Shown: one piece after another, positions 13,013 to 22,579 of the stretch | How positions within the stretch are numbered: the stretch's first letter is position 1 | Layout of the letters: every line of letters starts with the position of its first letter | Assembly: GCA_951406725.2 (NCBI GenBank) | Contig: OX597815.1 | Location: 147,560,001 to 147,624,000 of the forward strand | Length of the DNA: 64,000 bases | From: Octopus vulgaris | Taxonomy: Eukaryota | Reading direction: 5' to 3' | Notes under the pieces: generated by a model | The model's database searches: none | Told to the model about the DNA's origin: nothing | Seen by the model: only the letters and a program-made list of their open reading frames with translations | Position numbers and translations under genes: made by a program

Positions 13013-13269
13013 TAACGATTAAATAATTAAATTTTGAAAAATTTTGAAAAATTAGAAGAAAGGTTTTTTTAAAGGAATACTTCCATAGTAGTGTTGAGAT
13101 ATATGTGGCATTCTGCCTTTCTCTGACTCCCTTGTTTGCACTTGTGTATTCGAGGTCGTTGTGAGTTCTTGAGGGGGTGGGAGTGGGAAACTCTGGGCTG
13201 GTCAGTGGCGACCGGCAGTCGCTGCGTAGGCGTTATACTTAAAGACATTAGTGGGGGTAGAAGGTGGAG

Positions 13270-13432
13270 AAGTAGAAGAAGAAGAAGATGATGACGGTGC
13301 CGATGATGATGACGATGAAGAAGAAGAAGGAGAAGGAGAAGATGACGATGATGATGGTGGTGATGACGATGACGACGATGATGATGATAACGATGATGAT
13401 GAAGAAGAAGAAGAAGAAGAGGAGAAGAAGAA
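13270..13432. repeat. (GAA)n/(GAT)n compound trinucleotide repeat inside the PLE 3' UTR
   Basis: Seen directly. Confidence 0.9.
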
Positions 13433-13560
13433 AAAAAACAGAGAAGGGAGAATATGAATGGGTGAAGATATAGCTGTTTTGGGGCGATTAGTAATGGATT
13501 CTATGGAATGTAATATTTGTGTGTGTATATATATTTCTTTTATTCTTAAGTTGAGCTATA

Positions 13561-14847
13561 TTAATTGTTTGTCGTAGGCCCGTTAAGAAGTGGCCTGTAT
13601 TTTATAATAAAGAGATTTTCTTTACATATTCGTTGTCTCGAGGTTGTATCGTCCCTAAATTGGTAGAGGGGGAAAATTCTGAAGTTTGGTGTTTTTTTGT
13701 TGGCGCAAGTATCTATGTGTTGGCTAAAAGCTATTTTTCTGTTTTGGGGAATTTTTATCTGGGATCCGTGCAGGGCCATTCGTTTACGCAAACCATTTTT
13801 TGTTTGGCCTATGTACTGCTCTTGACACCCGGAGCAGGTTAGTGAGTATATTAGGTTCTCCGAAGCACATGTGAAGTTGCTTTTCACTGTAAACCGTTGT
13901 CCCTGTTTGAAGGAGAACTCAGAACCCTCGATTAGATAGTCGCATATCCCGCAATTGGGTCTTCCACATTTTTTTACTGTCGGCTTCTGTGTTGAAGAGT
14001 GAATTCGGGCTTGTGTTAGAAGACTTTTCATGGATCTAGGCTGTCTTTTGCTTTTTATGATCGTGTGTGTTTGGAAGATTGTGTTCATTCTGTGGTCTTT
14101 TTTTAGGAGGGGTATGTTGTGGAGGATGGTGCCGAAGGCTTCGTTATTGAGAGGGTTGTGTGTGGAGATGTATGGTAAGGCTTTTGGTTGTAAGTTTTTC
14201 TTTGATTTGGGATGTCTCAGTTCCTTGATGTTAAGTTGAAGGGCACGTTGAATGCACTTGGCAATAAGTGAAGGTGGATAGTTCCTGGTGATAAGGGTAT
14301 CTTTTAGTTCTTGTAGTCGTGTGTCTCTGGTGTTTGCGTTAGAGACTATAGTGCATATCCTTTTTGCTAGATTGAAGGGGATATTCATCCTGGTGTGTCT
14401 GGGGTGGCATGAATTGAATGGAAGATATTGCTTAGAGTCTGTAGGTTTATAGTATATGTCTGTTTCTATTATATTATTAACTTTCTTAATGAGGATATCG
14501 AGGAAGGGAAGTTGTTGCTGGCTATATTCCATCGTGAATTGGATGTTTACGTCCAGCCCGTTTAAAATTTCCTGGAATTCTATGAGTTTTTCTATATTTT
14601 TATGCCAAAGAATAAAACAGTCATCTAGATATCTCTTCCAGTTGTTTTCTATGTAGATGGAGAAAGGGCTGCCATATCTTTCTAGAACCTTACGATATAG
14701 ACTGATCTCTAGGTATCCTATGACTAGGTTGGCAAAGGAGGGGGCCATTCGTGTACCCATCGCAGTCCCCGATTTTTGTCGGTAGAAGTTGTCATTGAAG
14801 GCGAAGAAGTTAATTTCCAGGATGAATTTAACCCCTTCTATCACGAA

Positions 14848-14850
<3 letters not shown>
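13561..14850 (-). CDS. PLE reverse transcriptase C-half, Cys-rich linker and GIY-YIG endonuclease (uninterrupted, no native start)
   Basis: Motifs QKSGTAMGTRMAPSFANL, WKRYLDDCF, LPFLDILI, CGRPNCGIC and NLIYSLTCSGCQEQYIGQT...RMALH. The N-terminal ~85 aa of the 514-aa track ORF are SINE and TA read-through. Confidence 0.92.
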
Positions 14851-14899
<49 letters not shown>

Positions 14900-14935
14900 A
14901 AATTTAAAGGACTGACCACTAAAAGTGGACGGTCA

Positions 14936-15340
14936 ACTCTTTTACTTTTTTCAGTCATTTGACTGCGGCCATGCTGCAGCACTGACTTTATTCGAGCAAC
15001 TCGACCCCGGGACTTATTCTTTGTAAGCCCAGTACTTATTCTATCGGTCTCTTTTGCCGAACCGATAGGTGACGGGGACATAAACACACCCGCATCGGTT
15101 GTCAAGCAAAGCTAGGGGGGGCCAAACACAGGCACACAAACACACACGCACACACATATGCATATATATATACATATATACGACGGGCTTCTTTCAGTTT
15201 CCGTCTACCAAATCCACTCACTAGGTTTTGGTCGGCCCGAGGCTATAGTAGAAGACACTCGCCCAAGGTGCCACGCAGTGGGACTGAACCCGGAACCATG
15301 TGGTTGGGAAGCAAGCTACTTACCACACAGCCACTCCTGC
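14936..15340 (-). mobile_element. SINE family B, full length
   Basis: Collinear with 7263-7675. Confidence 0.9.
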
Positions 15341-15349
15341 TGTGTGGCG

Positions 15350-15508
15350 ATTTTTTTCCTACGTCTTCCCTTCTTTGTATCTTTCCTTTTCCTATGTTAA
15401 ACGTTAAATTCTCCTTCTTTCCTCCTTTCCTCAGCGTCCAATAATACTATACATGTTCCACGTCCTCGCATTGTTGTGTTTTCTCTTTATGTTTTCATGT
15501 TTGGATTA

Positions 15509-15511
<3 letters not shown>
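15350..15511 (+). mobile_element. Orphan PLE pLTR-like 3' fragment
   Basis: The ...CAGCGTCCAATAATACTATACATGTTCCACGTCCTCGC... motif is shared (inverted) with 46890-46960 and 42920-43000. Ends in (TA)n. Confidence 0.55.
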
Positions 15512-15553
<42 letters not shown>

Positions 15554-15838
15554 AATATTAGGGAATGAATCCAATATTACAGGGAAAAATCAGATTTAGG
15601 GTTAAATCCAATTTTATAGTAAAATATTATATAATATAATTCGAGACAAAACCACTATTTTAAAACCAAACAAGGAAAGACTTAATCAATACATAAAATT
15701 TTAATATAAATTAAATAAACCGCCACTACAAATGTTTGTAGTGGCGGTTTATTTAATTTATATTAAAATTTTATGTATTGATTAAGTCTTTCCTTGTTTG
15801 GTTTTAAAATATTGGTTTTGTCTCGAATTATATTATAT
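15554..15838. repeat. PLE pLTR end with 210-bp fold-back palindrome (arms 15629-15732 and 15735-15838)
   Basis: Arms are 104 bp with one mismatch and a 2-nt spacer. 15554-15660 resembles the inverted PLE terminus at 34875-35000. Confidence 0.9.
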
Positions 15839-15849
15839 TATATATATAT

Positions 15850-15880
<31 letters not shown>

Positions 15881-15888
15881 AATATATT

Positions 15889-15941
<53 letters not shown>

Positions 15942-15956
15942 ATATACATATGTATG

Positions 15957-16007
<51 letters not shown>

Positions 16008-16342
16008 ATATACATATGTATGTATATACATATATATATATATCTGTATACATCAAAATTTGACCTATTGTGTAACGTTGGCGATTTTTTAGGGCACCGT
16101 GACGGTGTCGAGCCTTTCTGGTGACGTCGATGTTCGCCTGGGGCTAAATGCAACAGTAACACCCCCACCACCCTGCCCTGTCCCTAGCCATATTCAGATG
16201 GCTTTAGTCCCTTATGTTATCGAGCAGTTACTGTCTATATCCCTTTTAGAGAATTATTATTGCTTTCGAACAGATTTTCGAAATCAGCAAATGTATTTTG
16301 CTTGAAAATCATATAGAAATCCTGCATAGTGAGAATTCGTCG

Positions 16343-16414
16343 GAAGCGGAGGCTACACACGCCGATGATAGGCAATACACCTTGAAACCATGGTCCGTGT
16401 GTGGTTTCCGCTTC
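16343..16414 (+). ncRNA. Type I hammerhead ribozyme motif, unit 1 (predicted cut after GTC at 16395)
   Basis: Stem I: GAAGCGGAGGCTACACACG/CGTGTGTGGTTTCCGCTTC (19 bp including G-U). Core: CCGATGA. Stem II: AGG/CCT. Then GAAA-C-CATG-G-TC. Confidence 0.85.
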
Positions 16415-16698
16415 ATCGGGGAATTACCTCCTTTGCAGGTTTAGGGCACCGTGACGGTGTCGAGCCTTTCTGGTGACGTCGATGTTCGCCTGGGGCTAAA
16501 TGCAACAGTAACACCCCCACCACCCTGCCCTGTCCCTAGCCATATTCAGATGGCTTTAGTCCCTTATGTTATCGAGCAGTTACTGTCTATATCCCTTTTA
16601 GAGAATTATTATTGCTTTCGAACAGATTTTCGAAATCAGCAAATGTATTTTGCTTGAAAATCTATATAAGAAATCCTGCATAGTGAGAATTCGTCGGG

Positions 16699-16772
16699 GA
16701 AGCGGAGGCCTACCACACGCCGATGATAGGCAATACACCTTGAAACCATGGTCCGTGTGTGGTTTCCGCTTC
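16699..16772 (+). ncRNA. Type I hammerhead ribozyme motif, unit 2 (predicted cut after GTC at 16753)
   Basis: Core and stems II/III are identical to unit 1; small indels occur in the 5' strand of stem I. Confidence 0.8.
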
Positions 16773-16978
16773 ATCGGGGAATATAAAGGTGATGAAAGAA
16801 GATATGATGTTCGTAAAGATTCAGAGATTAGCAGTTAAGTTATAGTAACTACAATAGTGAAGGTAGTGAGAGGAATGTAGATACACAAGAAGAGAATAAG
16901 TTTGATGCGCATGCATATATATATATATATATTAATATTTCTAAGACACTCTAAAGGAGACTACGGCAGCGGTACTGG

Positions 16979-17325
16979 ATATTAATAGTTATCGCCAAGC
17001 TAATATGGCAGTCCAGAAATATAGGACGAATGCTGCTGTTGATTAGCTCCAAGAGGCCATTGCCTCTAACTAGCTATGTGACACACCAACCTGTGTACAT
17101 CATATCCTCTGAACAGGGTAGGTGAGCCGCTTCCCCTGAAAGTAGTCTGCAGATGCTTGACCAGCAAGGGGAAACGGCTGACCTCATCTCTTCGAAGTTT
17201 ATAATGGACACAGGTTCATGTGTCACATAGCGAGTTAGAGGCAATGGCCTCTTGGAGCTAATCAACGGCAGCATTTGTCCTATATTTCTGGACTGCCATA
17301 TTAGCTTGGCGATAACAATTAATAT
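16979..17325. mobile_element. 347-bp fold-back (MITE-like) element
   Basis: The outer ~105 bp form a near-perfect inverted repeat, with imperfect pairing continuing toward the centre. Confidence 0.85.
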
Positions 17326-17636
17326 ATATATATATATATATTATATAAAATCCATTCTGTCTGTCTGTGTGTGTGTCTTCTACGATCTCGGACATGTAGA
17401 AGTCTTAAAAATTACAAAAATCGATTCCAATTGAGAATGTGCATTTGTAAAATTGTTTTTCTTGGAATAGAATAAAGCCTATCTTTATTTTTTCTTTTGC
17501 TGGTGTCTCAAATTTAGGTTAAATCAGTGTTTCTGAAAGGGAAGGCTTATGGGACGTTCGGACAAGTTATCTTGATAAAATTTGGTTTAAATGTTTGACA
17601 ACTCAGCACTGCCCCTTGGACGGGGGTATTTTGGTC

Positions 17637-17696
<60 letters not shown>

Positions 17697-18198
17697 TATA
17701 CACGCACTGACACACACACATAAGATAGGAAAAAGTACTGAATATTGATGAAAAAAAGTTCTCTTATGTAGAAAATCCAAAGAAGTATCTTGACATCCCA
17801 TTTAGTTCACAATTTGATGTAATGAAAACGAAGAAGAAAAGCAAATAACAAAACAAATGAACAGAAATATAATAATAACGAATAAGTGGAGACATTTCCA
17901 AGTTTATGCGTTATTGCCTGGTAATTTTTCGGTAATGAGAAAGAAACATGTTTTACGAGGTAAGAAAAGATAAAGGATGAAGTAAAAGGATTACTATCAG
18001 GATTGTAGAACGTTATTAGGGGACAGCAACATTTATGCAACACGACTGAGTGAAAAACTCTAATGCAAATCATTAGCATATAGCTGAATTAAGTAAAGAA
18101 ATTAATGAAATGAGATGGAGCCTCGAATACCTTGAAATATTGCGATTGCAGTTAAGTAGGCGAATCTTGGAAATAGTAAATGTGATATATTATATATT

Positions 18199-18430
18199 TA
18201 TTTCTTTATTGCCCAGATGGGGATAAATATACAGGGGACAAACAGGAGCAGACAAAGGGTTTAGGTCGATTACATCGACCTCAGTGCGTAACTGGTACTT
18301 ATTTAATCGACCCCGAAAAGATGAAAAGCAAAGTCAACCTCGGCGGAATTTAAACTCAGAATGTAACTGCAGACGAAATATCGCTAAGCGTTTCGCCCGG
18401 TGTGCTAACGATTATCCCAGCTCGCCGTCC
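18199..18430 (-). mobile_element. SINE family A (type-1 tail) with 16-bp TSD
   Basis: TSD TGATATATTATATATT at 18183-18198 and 18431-18446. Confidence 0.9.
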
Positions 18431-20607
18431 TGATATATTATATATTAGGAAATTAAAATTCATGATACAAATTTAGAATTTTCATGTCTCAGTTACAAAG
18501 TATGTTTCAGATGGAATACAAACGTGATCTTAGAAGCTCTATCTCCACATTATCTGTTATGAATACACTCTTATACAAGTTCCTTGTCTTCTTTGTTTCA
18601 TTAGAGACTGCTTCTAAAATGTCTCTTCCAACAATTCCTCTAGTATCTTAGATATTTGATATCAAACCCATTTGGTCCGAAAGAGCATGAAAGTAACAGT
18701 TCGCACATTAAGCTCCTCCGCTTAAAACTGGACCTCTTCCTACACTGAAGTATTTGTTCTTTCGATCATAATTACACTCCTTTTATTGCATTGAACTGAT
18801 TTACAAGTTTTGAGTTAATTTTCATACGGTATTTCATGCTTTGTCATCAGAAATAAAATTCAACAAAAACACACACACACACATACACAAACTTTACCAG
18901 ACCCACATACACGAACACGCACACGCATAAACTTACTTAGAAATACACACACACAAATATATACACACACACACAAGCATATACACACTCGCACATGCTT
19001 ATGTATCTTTGAATACATGGATATTTGTGTACGTGTGAAACTTCGTGTATGGGTCTCCGTTTTTGTGGAAGCCGTGTTATGATATCACATGCAAGCTTGT
19101 GTTCCTGTGATATGGAGACACTATAAAACACAACTGACCAAAACTTACGAAAATTAATAAATTATTTTGCTTTCGGATATCTTGTGTAAGTAATTAGTGC
19201 TATTGTTATACGCAACAATAACACGCACTTTTACATTATAAATGTTTTGATTTTATGACAAAATAGCAGCTCTACAGCGTTATGGCTCAATCTTTTACTG
19301 ACCGTAGAGTCAGGCTGTTAAATGAAGTTGTACCAAGTAACATATCACCGCAGCGTGGTGTTGTATCTCACGTCTTGCATTAGCTTCTACCGATGTTTTG
19401 TTAAAAAATATTCTAAAATGATATCAGCATAGTATGTACAAATGAAGCCAGTGGCGAACATTTATATGGACGCTTGTTGTGCTAGAAATATTAGCCTTAA
19501 CAACCAAAAATGATGCGTAAATATATTTTAACTAAAAGAAAAAAGACAAAAAAAACATTGAAATATAAAATTTTAATATTTCACTGGAAACGAGTAGTTA
19601 CTTTTAGACTGACGTAAGAGTTTGATGAAATAACAGGCTATCTATAAGTATGATAATGTATAAAGATTGCCTCATGACTATAGCAGGGAAATGTGAGCGA
19701 TTATTTTCTTTTAAAATCTCATACAGTTTTGTAACTAACACGATTAAGTGTTTCATATTTGCATTCTAATTTTTATCATTCTTGTAAATGAAATGGTAAT
19801 TTAGAGCATATGAGGAATTAATCACCAAGCGTATGAGCTACAGAATATGGCTTTGTATCCCTCAAATATGCATTAATTTACGTATCTGGGGAATGTGCAA
19901 AACAATGTTAGTGGTGAACGCTGGTGTTAAATCAATAAATGATTTATACTGACGTAATGGAGAAACTATTCAGACAACAGATAAAAAGTACTTATAAAAC
20001 CAATGTGTTGCTGTCACACAACGTGATGTAAATTACGTAGGATATATAATCAAATAACTTTTCCAATATATTCTTATATAATTTCTACATTTTCGTTGGT
20101 GAACAGCCAGGAATTAATTACAAAACTATCAGAGCAAATATATTGTAATATTCTTATATTTTCCGAAAAGATCTCTTCCAATATTTGCAATCTAATTAAA
20201 TCGATTTCTACATTTCACATATATCTAGCATAAATACAAAAGAATACTAATGCCGTTATTAATGTTTTCAATTACTGATGGAATGCCACATCCAGGCAAG
20301 GTCAAGCAAGTAAAATATCTTAAGTTGCGATTGATATTTGGTAAGAAAAACCGAGACATATTCGTTAGGTGTCAGAATGAATATGTCAACACATCGAGGT
20401 AGAGAAATATAAGTAAAGTATAAAGTTATCCTATTTTAACTCGATTCACATCGTATAGGACAGTACTGAAGAGCAGTGGGTAACCTTTAGGATAGCCGAA
20501 GCAAAATCAAACACACTCAATAACTCACACACAAGCGTATATATGTGTATATTTGTATGTATATATGCACGTATATATGTATATATGTTTGTACGCATGT
20601 ATGCCAT

Positions 20608-20990
20608 TATTCAGTTTTATTTCAAGATTTCTTGCCAATAGAGAAAGAACTAGATCCAAGCCTCCTTCATTGGAATTTCAACATCAGTAACATAGTATTT
20701 TTGTTCGTATGTATGAATGTATGTATATTTGTATATATGTAGATTTGTATGTTTTGTTTTATGTATGTATTCTCATGCATATAGTTGCATGTCTAGACAT
20801 GCTCATATATATTTAAATGGAAAACCCCTGGTAAGTTTTACAGATTTTTACAATTCCAATGATGGATTGGGTTTGTAGCCTTCAAATTAGTTTTCTCCTT
20901 TCTGTTTTGAGGAGCACAATTTCTCAAGACCGGTATTTAGGCAGTGTGTTACATATCTCAGGGACCTAATAATCAATAGTTCAGCATAGG
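20608..20990 (-). pseudogene. 3' remnant of a second RLE-type LINE family
   Basis: Minus frames give LRYVTHCLNTGLEKL and RRKLI*RLQTQSIIGIVKICKTY, followed by a 3' UTR containing CATA repeats. Confidence 0.65.
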
Positions 20991-21259
20991 TGTTCTTATT
21001 TTATCTGATCTTTAGTTTTATATTATGTTATGTTATAATATATATGTATGAATGTATGTATCTAATTTCTCATCATTGATATTTAGGCAGCGTGCTACAG
21101 TCTCTTCTTTATCCCAAATCACTACGTCAGGTCTATTATATTTACATTTAATTTTCAAGGGGATATTCCACCAGCATTCCTTTTTTATTATGAGTCGCTA
21201 TGGCTCTTATTACTTTGTTCTGTAGGTTATCCCACGTATGTATGTCTCTGCTATGTTTT

Positions 21260-21655
21260 AATTATTATGAATTTTCCTCTAAGGAGGGAGCCGGTTTCCA
21301 AAAAAGATACAAAGCTCTATCTTTTGGATGTAATTAACTCAGGCAAATTCATTTCTGGAACATGAGAAAAATCTTGCATACCTTTATTGTTCCTCTCACA
21401 GATTGCGCTTATAATATACGAATTAGCCGGTCGATTTCTCTTTCTGAAATCCCAGTTTGTCCAGATTCTCCTCTAAGCATTTACTAACAACGCCTTGAGC
21501 TCCAATTATTATTTGTATGAATATGAATTCATAGTCTGGATATAGAAGCTGAACGTTTCCAATCTGTTGTCCATAGATGTCCTCTTTTTCTTTGATTTTC
21601 AAAGAGATATTTGTATCGGCAGGGCAACTGATCTATGATCTTACATTTGCCCCTC
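21260..21655 (-). pseudogene. 3' remnant of RLE-type LINE, related to 20608-20990
   Basis: Minus frames give NVQLLYPDYEFIFIQIIIGAQGVVSKCLEENLDKLGF and AQSVRGTIKVCKIFL. The 5' break abuts (TATG)n. Confidence 0.7.
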
Positions 21656-21677
21656 TGTATGTATGTATGTATGTATG

Positions 21678-22228
21678 TCAGGTCACTTTCAAGTGCAACT
21701 GGTAACATGTAACCCAGTACAACCTGTTGCATGATCGGGTCGTCGGCGACTAAACCGGCAACCCCACCAAACTTGCTTGGTGAGGAGGGTGTTTATTGGA
21801 CACCCTGTGGGATGAAAAACAAAACCCGTCAAAGGGCGGAAGAACTCTTGAGAGTCAACGGCCATCCAATAAATGTCTTAAGGCTATATCATGCGCGGGG
21901 ACATAGAAATAATCGGACTCAATACCCGATCTCGCGGTTAAACTATTGGGAGTGAAGGACTCCTATCCTTTGTTAGGGCATCCTTCTAGGAGAAGGTAAC
22001 TCAGGTAACTGGGATAACTCCGAGATAAAACCTGCGGCTCAGTGGTTACCGATGATGTTGACTTGTTCATCTTTTCGGATTATGGCTGCTGTAGCTTAGT
22101 GAGTGGGATTGACTCAGTGCACAGCCTTTCCTCACTTTAAAAATATCTTCTTACACAGGCATTGCACGATAACAACATTGATGAAGCTTCGCGCAATGGT
22201 CATACTTGATAACGAGGGGGCAGCCACC
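21678..22228 (+). mobile_element. ~550-bp non-coding element inserted in (TATG)n with an RTE-5'UTR-like motif
   Basis: TATG arrays on both sides. CTAGGAGAAGGTAACTC resembles RTE 5' UTRs. GAAGAACTCTTGAGAGTCAACGGCCATCCAAT recurs at ~61967-61997. Confidence 0.55.
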
Positions 22229-22479
22229 ATGTATGCATGCATGTATGCATGTATATATGCATGTATGTATGTATGTAAGAATGTATGTATGTATGCGTGT
22301 ATGTATGTATGCATGTATGTATGTGTGTACGGTACGTATGAATGTATGCTTGCATGTATGCATGTACATATATGTGTATATATTTAAGCATGCTTGGATC
22401 GATAGATAACTAAAAGGGTACATGTGTGTATATTTGTATCACTCTCCACCTCTCTGTCTATCTTCGTTTTAATGCACAT

Positions 22480-22579
<100 letters not shown>

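Larger units (their letters stand above)
12921..14850 (-). mobile_element. Young, 5'-truncated Penelope-like element (Neptune-like) flanked by (TA)n
   Basis: Open RT + GIY-YIG frame followed by a 3' region with an HHR motif. Both ends abut TA tracts. Confidence 0.92.
16088..16782 (+). mobile_element. Tandem ~352-bp repeat (about 2 units), each with a hammerhead motif: non-LTR retrozyme-like element
   Basis: Near-identical direct repeats offset by 352 bp, GC-richer than the flanks, with an HHR in each unit. Confidence 0.85.

Noticed and set aside
13251-13473. Acidic D/E-rich protein
   Set aside because: It is a GAA/GAT repeat within the PLE 3' UTR.
14851-15105. N-terminal extension of the 514-aa ORF as a novel RT fusion
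   Set aside because: It is chance read-through of a SINE tail and a (TA)n tract with no stop codon.
16099-16657. Duplicated 68-aa ORF as a tandem gene pair
   Set aside because: It has a GTG start and no recognisable domain; the repeat is better explained as a ribozyme-bearing RNA element.
16088-16782. LTR pair or CRISPR-like array
   Set aside because: The units are directly adjacent, with no TG..CA termini, PBS or spacers, and the context is eukaryotic.
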